DNA from: Felis catus
Taxonomy: Eukaryota
DNA length: 64,000 nucleotides
Reading direction: 5' to 3'
NCBI RefSeq assembly: GCF_018350175.1
Contig: NC_058368.1
Location: 8,122,001-8,186,000 of the forward strand
Part shown: piece after piece, positions 13,618 to 26,309 of the stretch
How the letters are laid out: each line of letters opens with the position of its first letter
How positions within the stretch are numbered: the first letter of the stretch is position 1
Made by a program: the position numbers and the translations under genes
Notes under the pieces: model-generated
Seen by the model: the letters and a program-made list of their open reading frames with translations, nothing else
The model's database searches: none
What the model was told of the DNA's origin: nothing

Positions 13618-14477
13618 ACCCACCTGGTCGAAGAGATTCGAGGGACAATGGATACATTCTCTTCCTTACTCCACGCCCTGAGCTCTGCTTCCGCTCGACT
13701 CCTGGGCTCTGACTCAATTCTCCTCATCCCAGTGTATTCTCCTATCTTGAGTAACATCCCTCTCTGTCTGTCTGTCTGTCTGTCTGTCTCCCCTCCCCCC
13801 AACCCCAGCTTTCTTTTCTTCCTACCTCCAGCATTTTGATGCTTCGAGGTATGGTCTATCCAATCTTCAGATGCAAGTCGAAAGCCTGCTCCAAGATTAG
13901 CTCTAGTCCCCGGCACGTCTGGGTTTCAGACTTGCCCTGGTACCCTCCCGGTCTTCTTCTTTTTGATGCCAAATTGGATTTTAATTGTCAAGTCCTAAAG
14001 CAAGTGTCACACAAGGGTGATGAAGTGGCCGTGTGGGAGGTGGGTCCCAGGGGATCATCTGGGCTTACTTAGAGGGCCAAGAAGGAGTCAAAGAATAAAA
14101 CGATGCTCTCAACCACCGCCTTCACTTTTCCCTTTGCTACTGACCCCTTGATTTTGTCTTGTATTCCTCGTTTCTCCACACGTCCAACCTCCCGTCATTT
14201 CTCCTGGTCTCATTCTCCCAATGTGCTTGGACTGGGATCCAATCCTGCTTGGAGCCCTTGCTGAGGCGACTCTGGACCCACGATGAGATGGGAAACCTAA
14301 AGATGAAGACACAAGGATGGGCCCAGGGGCAAATGTTCAACCACAGAACCCTGCGTACCAGGGCCATGAACTTCCTCCAACACATGCTGTAGAGGAAGAG
14401 GAAATGTTTGACACATCTCTCAGATGGCCTTTGTGGTGACTGCTTTGAGATGGCTCTCGTCTAGCACCATAACCAGA

Positions 14478-14781
14478 TGACTCATAAAAGAGTCTTTATT
14501 CATTGACTCTTTCTTCAGAGGACTCAATGAAATGACTCACACCTCTGTTTACTAGATTTTATTGGGAATGTTAGGAGAAATCCTTTCCCCTGGGAACAGG
14601 AAGTTTTTGGTGTTTCTTGTGTAGGTTAAACACCATTGCGGGCATCACAGCACACACACTGTCAATGGGCTGACTTTCTGTCGGGGATGGTCAGTTAGGA
14701 TCAACAGAGCAATGTTTCCGGGCGGGTGGGTATATTTCACGTTAGTACCGGTTTCATAATCCAAATCCGCAGAAGGTAAGT
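14478..14781 (+). promoter_or_regulatory. Candidate enhancer/promoter followed by a strong splice donor
   Basis: AP-1 TGACTCA at 14478 and 14533; FOX TGTTTAC at 14546; ETS ACAGGAAGT at 14596; GC/KLF box 14720-14730; TATA-like 14731; AAG|GTAAGT at 14775/14776. Confidence 0.4.
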
Positions 14782-15529
14782 AAGCCTGGACAAATGTTTC
14801 CTGTCGTGAATTCTTCAAAGAGAATCTAAGTAAGAAAGGACAGGGGGGGTGTTGACAGAAAGCTTAATGACGGAATCTTGGGACCTGCAATCATCGATTT
14901 TGTACTATTGGGGGGATACTAAGGTATCTGCAGTCCATGAGAAATAAGGGGGGGATAGAGTCAGCTGGAGGCACCACTAGGATTGCTGCCCATGGCAGAA
15001 AGGCACATTGTGAACTCACCAGCGACAGACTTCAGACTCGGGGTAATCTGGACATGCGACAATGAAGCAGAGAGGGACCTGACGCCAGAGGCCAACAGAT
15101 ACCACAGAATAAGTACCCCTAGTGCCTGCGGAAGTTCCAGGAACCACAGGACAAGGAAGCCACCCATCTCTCCCCCAAACATCGGGTACCATCTTGGAAA
15201 AAGAAGCAGGGGAAGAGAGGGCTTCCCCTCTCTTGAGAATGAGCAATTACAAAGAGAAGAAAAACACTACCTGAAGAAAAACGTTAAAGTGTCAGATGGG
15301 CTGAGCTTTACGTGAGATCGGGCATTTAATAAAAATTTTCCCAGGAGCCATTCAATGGGAGAAAATGATGAGGTTACTTAGAGACCAAAGTCATTACATT
15401 TTTGCCTACACATCAAAGGGTCCCACGCAGGAGTTAGCAACCCTGTTACACATCTATTACAAGCCAGATACTATACTCGATGTGTGTGTGGGGGGGTGAG
15501 GGGTGGGCAAAGTCTAGTTTAAGAGAGAA

Positions 15530-16490
15530 GCAGATGGCAAAGAAATCATTACACAGCATTGTTGGTAAGCCCTATGACAGAGGACTACCTCGGTGATATA
15601 GGGGTCCAGGAGAGAGGCATTTAATTCAGAATAAGGACTCAGAAAGGCCCCCGGGTTGTTGAAATGAGCTGAATTTGGAAGGACAAGTAGGTCTTAAGTG
15701 GCATTTAAGTTCTAGATGAAGATATCAGGGAGGGAAGCACTTTCCGAGCCCAGAGAAGAGTAACAGAGAGACACGGAGGTGGGAAATGTGTGATGAGGTC
15801 AGGGGAGGGAGGGGATTCCGTGTAGTGGGATGTGAGGCAGGGTCAGGAGATGATGCTAACGAGGTAAGAGTCCAGTCGGGAAGAGCCCCGTGTGCCGCGC
15901 TAAGCCTTTTGACTTTGGTCTTGAAGGCTATCCGGATCATTGAAAGGTTCTCACCGGGAATAAGATAGAATCGGACTCTCGTTTGGAAAGGACGATTCAC
16001 TCAGGTGGCAGGGCGGAAGACAAGGAAAGGAGAAAGGGACAGGCGAGACCAGGGAAGCGACACTTGCAGTAACCTGGTGAGAAATAACGAGGGCCTGAAC
16101 CACAATCGTGGCTTTGCGAATGAAGGGCAGGGCCGGACTGAAGACACGCTCGCTCGGGAGGATGGGTTTTATAACCGAGGGGACGAGGGAGGGGAACGAG
16201 AGGAACTTGCAGAAATCTGACGGGACGGGAGTGCCCGTGCCCCAACGGGAAGGCAAACCAACAGCGGGTTTGAGGAGGCCGATGGCGAGTCGGGCGGGGG
16301 TGTGATCGATACGTCTGTGGTGGCACCAGACACCCAAGGGGGTCTGTCCAGTGTTGGAGTGGGCGGTGATATTCGATGCCCCCGAGAAGTGAAATGAGTG
16401 CTTGGGCTCATCGTTGGGCTTGGCCGCTTGACAGTCGGTGGCAACCTTCATAACAGCTTTGTTGAGCGCAAAGCCCGTTTGCGGTGAATT
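15530..16490 (+). mobile_element. L2 fragment
   Basis: Degenerate purine-rich L2 motifs (gactttggtcttgaagg, gcagtaacctggtgagaaataacgagggcctgaac). Confidence 0.7.
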
Positions 16491-18589
16491 GAGGGGTGGC
16501 GGGTGAGAAAGTGAGGCTAGTGTCCTCCCTCAAACCGAGCTTCTCCCCTCTGACGCACCCCTCTCTTGGTGAAGAGCCCCCCCCGAAACTGGGCGGTCTT
16601 CACCCAACCCCCGGCTCCTCTTCGTATCACATATTCGGTCAGTTCCCGAGTCCCGCCGACCCTGTTCCCTTGGGATCCCGTGACACCTCCTCTGTTCTCC
16701 ATACCGCCTGTCACCTTAATGCAGTGTTCCCAAGCCTGGTGACTCAACTTCCCAAGCAAGTGAGGCGTCTGCTAACAGCACAGATCCGATCGTGTAGCTC
16801 TTTGGCTGAACGGCACTAGGTGGCTCTGATAACCTTCTGGATGAAGTCTGGACTCCTTGGCGGGCCATGAAAAGCCCTTCGTGACTGGAGCTCTGCACTC
16901 CTCCCCGGCCTTCCGTCTCTCGGCCCTCCTCCCAGCCCCTTCCCCAGACCTCTGTGCTCCTCTCAGATTGAGTTCATGGGGCTCCCTCTCTCTCACGTCA
17001 GTCCTCAAGCACCCCGCGCTCACCTGTAGCATTAGCACCTCACCGCTAACGAGAACAAGAGAAGGAACTGACAGGATACGTGGGACGCTGGCTGGACCCA
17101 GTGAGATTGGGCTACATTGAAGGCATGACGTCGAGAGCCGTCGCGGGATTTCTACTTAGCTGTGCTCGGTGTCGAAGTGAAGAAGGCACCCTGAATGCCT
17201 CCGGCAACCCAGTGGGTAGACTGGAGGTGAACAGGGTGGGTGGAGCAGACAGCCAGGGGAGAAAGTTTGATGGGATGAGTACGACAGGCATTACAATGGC
17301 GTGTCACTTGGTAGAGGCTGGAGAGAAGAGGGAAGAAAGGCGCCCCTGGCTCCGCCCCTCCCCTCCCTGTCCACCCAGCAGGAGGAAGAGCCTTCTAGTT
17401 CTGTCCATCAGTGGGATGTCTGGTGGAGATAGGGGAGGCGAGGTAGGGATAGGGATAGAGGCAGATGAGAACGTAGCAAGAGGCTCTGCGGAGTAGAGAG
17501 AGATGCCCTGCCTTAACTTCTCTCCCCATCCTTCTCTCCCTAAGGCTGCAGAGGTGGGTTCAGAGTGCCTGGTAGTGTGGTCACTGGCAGAAGCAGGAGA
17601 GGACTTGCTGCTTGTGGGCCCGAGGGGGGCGGCCATTTATATTCGGAAATGCCCTATACACCGGGGACCGCCTGTATTCGAAAGATTCATTAACTCAGCA
17701 TCCTGTTTTCAACCTCTAAGCAGCACTGAGAAATTATTAGTCTGTGTTTTTATTAAGCCTTAAAACTTTTTTTTTTTCACATGCAATTGGTGCCAACTTT
17801 TTTTTTTTTTTTTTTCCCCAGAACTGGATCCAAAACAATAAGCCTGTACTCACACCCTAGCGTAGTTTTTGATAGGGGCGTTTTGTTGTTTTGACCAAGC
17901 AAGATTGGGTAAGCCGTTGAATTAAACTTAGCAATCATGTACTTGGAAAAAAAAAAAAAAAAAAGGAGGCGGGGGGTGGGTGGGGAGAGCCAATGGTTTG
18001 GAGAGAATGGAGTAGACAGCAGGACACAGGTTTTACTTCAGTCAAGACACAAGGGTATCGGGAACAAGAGAGTGGGACCGATGGAAAGATTAGGGGCTGG
18101 AAGGGAAAGATCAGGAGGTCCGTGGGTTCCGTGGCACAGTTGTTCAGGGCTACGGCGAGCTGGTCTCGGGTGTGGTCGCTCAAGCACAGTGATCACCAAG
18201 GTCTTCGAAGTAATGAAAAATGAAGAAATTGCAAGGCTGGAGTGTTGACGGACTCATTGACAAGAACACAGTGGTGGAGGGGATGCCGGGAGCTCAGAAC
18301 CCAAACCTTCGTTTATGAGTGTGAAAGCTACCGGGATGGGAAATGACAACAGCCAGGGGTGAGGAATGGCCCACGTTCAGGGCGTTGGCCTCTTTGTGGG
18401 AAGTTCGAGGACAGTGGTTTGAAATGGCAAGAGGGTGGTAGGAAAATCCTCAGACCTCTCCCTCCTGTTCCTGGTAAACGGACGGGGTGGGAGTGAGCAG
18501 TCCCCATTTGAGAAGAGGAAAGAAGGCCCATCTCTTGTCGTAAAACAGCAACCCGGAGAAAGCCTCTTGTCAAGAAGGCATTCTGCATT

Positions 18590-18960
18590 TTCCTCGCTTC
18601 CTCTCTGTGCTGGATTCCCGGATCCAGGCTTCTATGCCGACCTCACTTCTAAGAGTCACATCTTAGACGCGATGGCATCTGGCCATCTCTACCCGCATGT
18701 CAATAGACGACTCAAACGCTTGTGTCCAAAACTGAGTTCCCACCTTCCCCAGCAGGCCCCCCTTCCCCGTACTCACGACCTATTATGTTTCTTCCCCATG
18801 ATGGTGAGCTATAGCACTCTTTCCTCGGTGCTCACGTTGGATGGGTGGGACCATCTGACTCCTTGCTCTCCAAACCCTTTGGTTTTCAACCGGCTCCGTC
18901 GAGTTCCTCCAGCCCTCCTCCTCTTCTCGGCACTCCCCTCAGCGTGGTCACTCGCGTACA
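18590..18960 (-). mobile_element. L2 fragment
   Basis: atgtcaatagacgactcaaacgcttgtgtccaaaactgagttc resembles the reverse L2 consensus. Confidence 0.65.
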
Positions 18961-20579
18961 ATATCCTAGCTGCCCTCCTGCTCTCCCGTGGTGCTCCCGC
19001 TGCTGCCCGCATTCACGTTGTCGACATCGCAACTGTGTTCATCTTTATGAAGTTAAAAGCTCTTGCCAGGACCAGGGAAACACAGGGGCCCGCTCGGGAC
19101 TGGGACGTTAATGTCCTCGCTCGGCAGACTCCACTGCCCCGACCCACGGCCGATGGTGACCCCCAAAGGGTTACAACCTCCACACCGGGATGTGCTTGGT
19201 ACCCTGGGTTGCTTGGGTTGCCCACTGAGTGTGCCACGGGGGTGCCAGCTCGGGGTGGGGATGGCTCTAGTCTTTCTCTGCCCCAGATGCCACGAGGCCT
19301 TATCCAACCTTCCACGTGTGTGCGCCTGGGCCCCTCCCAAGACTGGAAGATCATGACAAAACATGGGCCTCCTGCTTTCATCTCCCTGGGCAGAGGGCAG
19401 GAGCCACAGTGGGGCAAGAGAAGGGAAGGGGAGTTAGGCAGGGCCACGGACCAGGAGATAGGAAGTAGGTGGCTGCGAACCTACCCTAGGAGGCAGGAGG
19501 GTGAAAGACGTGGACCACACATGAGCAGGGGCTCCAAGCTCCTGACACATTCCACTGTCCCATGCAACTCTAGGCACAGAAAACAAAATCAAAGAGAAAA
19601 TTCTTTAGAAATTTAAGCATCTTCAGCAATTACAGGAGCATCAAACCCCAACCGTCCAAGTGCACATCCTGTGCAACTGCCCTGGCCACGTCTGTCCATG
19701 ATGCCAGCTCTGTCTCTTCCCTCCTCTCCTCAAAATCCTTCAGTAGCTCACATCGACCCACCCCTTTTTTTAAGGAAGAAATGTCTAAGTGTTTTAACCT
19801 GGATTTTATCATTAGGCCTTCTGACACACTGTTCTCACGGTTTGGAACACATTTAGCCCCTTCCCATGTCCCTCGGCCTCACTAAGTCTTGTTCATTAAT
19901 GAGAGCTTGGTTTTAATACCACTTTCTCTGTGAAACTTTCCACCACCCTCTTGTTTAAGTGCTTCATTTGCTTGACCTCGCAGCACCGAGATCAAACGTG
20001 GAAGGACTTCCCCTGGAAAGACCAGTCACACATGTCATAAAACGAGGACTGAAATATGCACACAACTTGGAAGTAGGACTATAGGCCTTGACTCAAAATG
20101 GGTGGGGTTGCCCCTTGGACTTGGCAGGGCCCAGAGTGGAAGGCTCTATGACTCTGCCATTATTAACCTGTTCTTCTACAGGAGATTGAACATGTCACAA
20201 AAGGTGCGATGGCCCACAGGCCCACGTGTCTGTTACTTGCCATGCATGGCCTCTGTGGAGGCTGGGATTTTATCCTCTTTCCCTCATCCAACGCTTGCCA
20301 CCTGCTGAGAGGTCAGGAAATATTCGCTGGCTGGAACAATGAATGAAAGAATTGGATTTGCATTCCCAGGTTACCGTAGCATCCTAAGACTGTAAATCCT
20401 GCATTTTAATACTCGCGTTCCCCCCAAATAACGCAACCAGCTTCAAAGGTAGAGGACCTTAACTGGAGGTCCTCAGGGGTTCCCAAAGCATCCATGGATT
20501 AGCCTGGGGTGGAAGGACTGTGGATCCTGAAGAGTAAATGCAAAATTGTATGGGTACATGTAATTGTGGGAGGGAGATG

Positions 20580-20611
<32 letters not shown>
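20580..20611 (+). repeat. (TCTA)n microsatellite
   Basis: Read directly. Confidence 0.95.
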
Positions 20612-20613
<2 letters not shown>

Positions 20614-20724
20614 TTATCAGAAACTCAAAGTATCTGTCTTCCCAAAGTTAACACATCTTTGCTCTGAAGCAGTGGCTCCGAATGCTGTATTCCCAAATTT
20701 GCAGGGGTAAAAAGCGGGGGGAGA

Positions 20725-21020
20725 GAGCCCAGAAATAAGCCCTTGTGTATATCGTCAAATAATTTTTGACAGGAGAGTCAAGACCGTCCAATGGGGAAAA
20801 GACAGTCTTTTCAACAGATGGTGCTGGGAAAATTGGATATCCATCCATCCGTGCAAAAGAATGAAGGCTGGACCCTTACCGAACATCACATGCAAAAATT
20901 AACTCACAGTGGATCGAGGACCTAAAACTCTCAGCAGCAAACATAGGGCAAAAGCTTTGCAACATCAAACTTGGCAGTGATTTGTTGGTTATGACACCAA
21001 AGGCCCAGGTAACGAAAGCA
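20725..21020 (+). mobile_element. L1 ORF2 3' fragment (L1M-type)
   Basis: gagagcccagaaataa...tcttttcaacagatggtgctgggaaaattggatatcc. Confidence 0.85.
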
Positions 21021-21024
21021 TCCA

Positions 21025-21290
21025 AGTGACTCACCCCCAACAAAAACCCTGGACACTAAGGCTCACGTGAGCCTCCCTGGTTAGCAATACTCTCGGCTTG
21101 TGTCACGTATTGTTGCTGGGAGGAAAGAGTGCCGTGGGCGGCAATCCTCTGGGAGAAGACAGCTGGAGGCTGGTATTTGGTCCTCCTGGACTCCACTTAG
21201 GTGCCTTTTACCACGGCTGATTTTAATCCGTACCCTCTCTCCGTAAAGACCGTAACTGTGAATGTAACAGCTTTTCTGAGTGAACCAAAA
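21025..21290 (+). mobile_element. ERV LTR fragment (MER21-like)
   Basis: aaaaccctggacactaaggctc..gtgagcctccctggtt...gtaacagcttttctgagt resembles recalled MER21 consensus. Confidence 0.6.
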
Positions 21291-21376
21291 CACCCGAATT
21301 AATTAATTAATTATTTAAAAGCAGAGGGACAGAGCCAGGGCGGACGCGTGGCAAACAGGAAACAAAAACCACGCCG

Positions 21377-21860
21377 GGGGCGCCTGGGTGGCGCAGTCGG
21401 TTAAGCGTCCGACTTCGGCTCAGGTCACGATCTCGCGGTCCGTGAGTTCGAGCCCCGCGTCGGGCTCTGGGCTGACGGCTCAGAGCCTGGAGCCTGTTTC
21501 CGATTCTGTGTCTCCCTCTCTCTCTGCCCCTCCCTCGTTCATGCTCTGTCTCTCTCTGTCCCAAAAATAAATTTAAAAAAAAAAAATGAAAAAAATAAAA
21601 AAATAAAAAAAATAAAGGGCCTATTAAGAGTTCTATTTTAGGGGCGCCTGGGTGGCGCAGTCCGTTAAGCGTCCGACTTCAGCCAGGTCACGATCTCGCG
21701 GTCCGGGAGTTCGAGCCCCGCGTCGGGCTCTGGGCTGACGGCTCGGAGCCTGGAGCCTGTTTCCGATTCTGTGTCTCCCTCTCTCTCTGCCCCTCCCCCG
21801 TTCATGCTCTGTCTCTCTCTGTCCCAAAAATAAATAAACGTTGAAAAAAAAAACAAAACA
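21377..21860 (+). mobile_element. Two tandem young CanSINEs (~21377-21615, ~21641-21860)
   Basis: Two near-consensus heads and tails. Confidence 0.95.
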
Positions 21861-22274
21861 AACAACGCCCTAGAAACAAGTCCAAATACAACAGTTACCA
21901 AAATACATGCGGACGTATTCAAGTCGCCCGTTAAAAGACAGAGAGGCCTGGCGGAATTGGTTAAAAACAACAATGGGTAGGTCTAGAAAGGAAAAATTAT
22001 TAACATTTACAAAGAGCCGTCCCTCTGATCCTGTAAGTTCTGGAGGCTCACAGTTCTGTGAGGTTACAGGCTGGTGCGAAGTCCTAAGCCAGGGAGGAGT
22101 GGGGCAGAGGGAGCCCACACTCTTTCCTCCCCCGCATGTGAGATGCCCCGAGCCTCTCCTGCAGGGTCCCTCTCCGTGATGGAGTGTGCTTTGGACGTGC
22201 CAGCCTCAGTCACCTGTTATCCCCAGGCCAGCAACGTTAGTGCTCATTATACCATAAAATTAACTCCCTTTTTT

Positions 22275-22718
22275 TTTTTTTAAAAATCTTTATGTTTATT
22301 TTTGAGACAGAGAGAGACAGAGCATGAACGGGGGAGGGTCAGAGAGAGGGAGACACAGGATCTGAAGCAGGCTCCAGGCTCTGAGCTGTCAGCACAGAGC
22401 CCGACATGGGGCTCAAACCCATGAACTGTGAGATCATGACCTGAGCCAATGTTGACCACTTAACTGACTGAGCCACCCAGGGGTCCACAAAATGACTTAA
22501 AAAAAAAAATTTTTTTTTACATTTATTTATTTTTGATAGAGAGAGACAGAGCACAAGTAGGGGAGGGGTAGAGAGAGAGGGAGACACAGAATCGGAAGCA
22601 GGCTCCAGGCTCCGAGCTGTCAGCACAGAGCCCGACGGGGGGGCTCGAACTCACGAACGCGAGATCATGACCTGAGCCGAAGCCGGATGCTTAACCGACT
22701 GAGCCACCCAGGCACCCC
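22275..22718 (-). mobile_element. Tandem pair of CanSINEs within one 15-bp TSD
   Basis: ttaactccctttttt at 22260-22274 and 22719-22733. Confidence 0.9.
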
Positions 22719-23603
22719 TTAACTCCCTTTTTTGTGCATGACTACTCATCAGAGGCATTTGATAGACTCTAGCGGTTGCAACGTAACCTCAAATCAGTGC
22801 TGTTTTTTATTTGTGTGTTTGCTTTTTCACAGCTTCAGTCTCCAGAAGCAAGAGAAGCGGAGACAGGCCAAGGGGCCGCCTGCAAAGAGTGCCAGATCAC
22901 CAGCAGGATCTGCCGTCCAAGCGCCTCCCGGAGCCGAGCCGGGGACCTTCAGGGAAGTCGGTGGAGACGCTACCTCTGGCCGTAAGACAGAGCTGAGAGC
23001 CAGGGCTGGAAAAACGGACTCACAAGCAGAGGCTGCTTGGACGACGAGAAGAAAGTATTTGACCTGAGAGCAGATGAGGTAACATCCCCCAGGGACGTTG
23101 AAAGCCGTGTCTCTTTCCTGAGCTCAAACGAGCTGGGATTTCTCCAGCAGCTCGCAGAGATGTGCAGGCAACACCGGAAGATCAGACGCCGAGGGGAGGG
23201 CCTCGCTCAGAGCGGAGGACGAAGTCGATCCAGGTCTCTGAAGTCACACGCACCAGGCTTGACATTCGAGGGACGCTGGGTAAGCGTTTAACTTCCCGGA
23301 GACTGAATTCCCTCGTCTTTAGAACGAGGATGACAAAACCCCCTCACCGAGTTGGCAGGACGCCGGCAGAAAGTGGTAAAGGCTGGAACGCGAACCCCAC
23401 ACGCGTTGGCTCTTCTTCTCCCCGGCGCTCGGTAACCGGGTTTCGGATTCGTTTTCTATTTCTCGATCTCCAGCAGATACGTGCGGCGCAGCCCTAGCGA
23501 CGTAATTTCGCTGGAAAACAAAGCCTCTCCCTGCAGGGCAGCTGTCACGATAGAAGCTGCTTGGTACCCTCTAACCCTAAAAACTCAGAAACGTGCGGGG
23601 TGA

Positions 23604-23745
23604 GGGCGTCTGGGTGGCTCGTCGGTGGGGCGTCTGACTCTGGCTCGGGTCATGATCTCGCGGTCCGTGGGTTCCAGCCCCGTGTCAGGCTCTGTGCTGA
23701 CAGCTCAGAGCCTGGAGCCTGCTTCGGATTTAATTTAAAAAGAAA
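23604..23745 (+). mobile_element. Truncated CanSINE
   Basis: Head present, (CT)n region missing. Confidence 0.85.
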
Positions 23746-25708
23746 GACATAAAAAGAAACACTAGGTGTGCACTTCTCCCTCTGCACTGGCCTGGGGCGT
23801 CCTAGCTGTTTTTCTCACCCACCTTCCCCTTGGTGGTTCGGGTATTCTCAGTATTTTCTCTTGCGGAGTTCCATCCCTAGGCCCGCGTTTTCTCCAAAGT
23901 TCCGGTGGCCTGGATCCAAAGAGCCTGCGGGCATGTCCCCTTGGAGGGCTTGCCTTTACCTCACCAACACTTCTCGTTTGTTTTTCCAGAAAGTATGTAT
24001 GGAATGTAGCCAAGTGCCAAGTCCTGTGGTGGGGGGCGGGGGGTGGGGAGGGGTGGGTGGGCATTGTTTTCAGCTAAATTAGAAACAGTTTGCCCCTCAA
24101 GGAGTTCCCCTCCAGGGAACTGGAGAGGCGGATTATGCAATGATGAAAATACCGGACAGGACGTGCTACATTCCAGGTACCTGGGACACAGAGCAGGCCG
24201 GGCTCTGCCTGAGAACCCAAGGAAAGGCCATCCGGGAGAAAATGCCGCACCCCACCTGCTGAGGGCCTCTGGGGGCCTTGGCCACATCACAGGGCCTGCC
24301 CGGGTGGTGAGGCCACTGGGGATTCCTGGCGGCCCTGTCCGCTCGGCAGGCGGCAAGTGAAGCAATCACACAGCCTGAGAGGCCGACTAGGAAGGAGAAC
24401 GTTCCCCACCAGGGCGGAACTGGCCAGGGCGCTGCCTTTGACCGCAGTCCAGCGCTCATGAAATGTGGGAAGCACGGTGCGGAATCCGGGGCACCTCAAG
24501 GGCTCCCACACCTGCTGGGGAAGAGAAGGGAAGGTCTTGTGGACGGACAACCCCTCCCCCAAGGGATCGGCAGTGCGCACAGGGACACGTGGTAGGCAGC
24601 ACTCGCAGTCAAGTAAACACGGTCCCGGCCTTGGACTTGGCCCCGGGGGAGGCTGTTCTACACTCAGATGTGCTCGCCAGGCAATCTGGAGGACCCAGGC
24701 TCCGCAGCCCAGCAACGCTGCAGAAACCAAAATACTGAGGAGAATTCACAAAAGAATGAACGGGCTAGACATGTAAATAAACAGATATAATACCACAGCA
24801 GCTCTGTAAAACCCTCCGAAATCACCATTCTCGTGGTCACTTGGCAACACGACGGAGGGAAGAAAACACGACCTGGGGTCAGACGAGCCGGGTTCAGCCC
24901 CGGCTCTGAGTGCAGGAGGTGGGCCTCAAGGTCCTAATCTGTGAGCCAGGGCGGGTGTGAGGGGTTCCTTAGAACTCACGCGTGGAAAGCAAAGTACCTG
25001 CTTCATGTTAAGTGTTCAACGAACGGCTGTTGTTAGGATAGTTATTGGCACCGAGAGCCGAGCTGAGTGAGTTCTGCCCCCTGACCCTTCTTCTCATTCT
25101 GCATGGGATCCTAGACAAGTCCTTTGTCAACTCCCTTCTCTGTGCTTCGCGTCCTCTCCCTTCTGGTGGCATCTCTCCCCATTCCCCCCTGCCTCCCCCG
25201 GCTGCCTCACCAGCCGAAGGGGGGCCTCTTACACCCCGAGCCCCCTACCGCCTGTCGCACGCACACTTCGTACATATTCTGACATATTCTGCCTGGAAGT
25301 GTGGCGTCCCAGCGCCTGCCACTGACTCTGTACTGGACCAGGCGCCCTGAGTGTAGAGACAAGGCCGTTTTGACTGGTTCCTTTTCAGCACCTACAGATT
25401 GCCCTGTGTCCTATGTGCTCTTTGCGTATGGAGGATAACTAAACAACAACGACAACAGTCAGCAGAAACTGACTATGTTCACAAAGGAATCAAAATACCT
25501 TTACCCTACACGGTTCCAAGAGACGGGTGAATAAAGGTTACCGAAGCCAATCTCCCGTGGATGGTATCCCCAGATAGCACGTGGCTAGCACTTATGCGCC
25601 CAGGCCACTCTTCTAACCAGGCTACCAAAACCATGTGTTGTGGTCTTCAGTTTTCTGGAATTTATAATATGCATTCCAGGGCTATTGCAATTCAAATCCC
25701 AATACTAC

Positions 25709-25930
25709 AGGGGCACCTGGGTGGCTCAGTCGGGTAAGCCTCCGACTTCAGCTCAGGTCATGATCTCGCAATTTGTGAGTTCAAGCCCCGTGTCGGGTTC
25801 CGTGCTGACAGCTCGGAGCCTGGAGCCTGCCTCGGATTCTGCGTCTCCCTCGCTTTCCCTGCCCTTGCCCCGCTTGTGCTCTGTCCCTCTTTCTGTCTGT
25901 GTCTCTCTCAACATCAAAATAAACCCAAAC
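25709..25930 (+). mobile_element. CanSINE
   Basis: Head, (CT)n, tail. Confidence 0.95.
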
Positions 25931-26278
25931 CCCCAAACTACAAACTCTAAGAGATCATAAAATACATAGTAACAAAGATTGCTTCCAACAAGAGAAGCTG
26001 GCTGGGTAGGGTTTAGAAATCTCTTGGTTTGTTGAATAGACACCATGATAAGCTAATTTCACCTGTGGCTTTAGCAGTAAACTTTATAAACACCAAGGAT
26101 GTTCTTGGCAGGGGAGATGGCGGGAATTGTTAGCAATGCCTTGGGGTGGGACAACACACTCGAGACTAAGGACAAATGTACAGAGGAAATGAGGAAAGGA
26201 TAGTCAAAGTGAAAACTGGATTGAGGTTTTGGTGGAGCAGTGCTCTGTCCTGGCCTGAGGTCCTTCTTCCTCTTGGTG

Positions 26279-26309
<31 letters not shown>

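Noticed and set aside
18435..19616. 393-aa ORF
   Set aside because: Non-ATG start, crosses an antisense L2 remnant, and its composition is typical of GC-rich noncoding DNA.
21307..21973. Recurrent ORFs such as MAQSVKRPTSAQV and GQRETEHERGRG
   Set aside because: Translations of CanSINE bodies.
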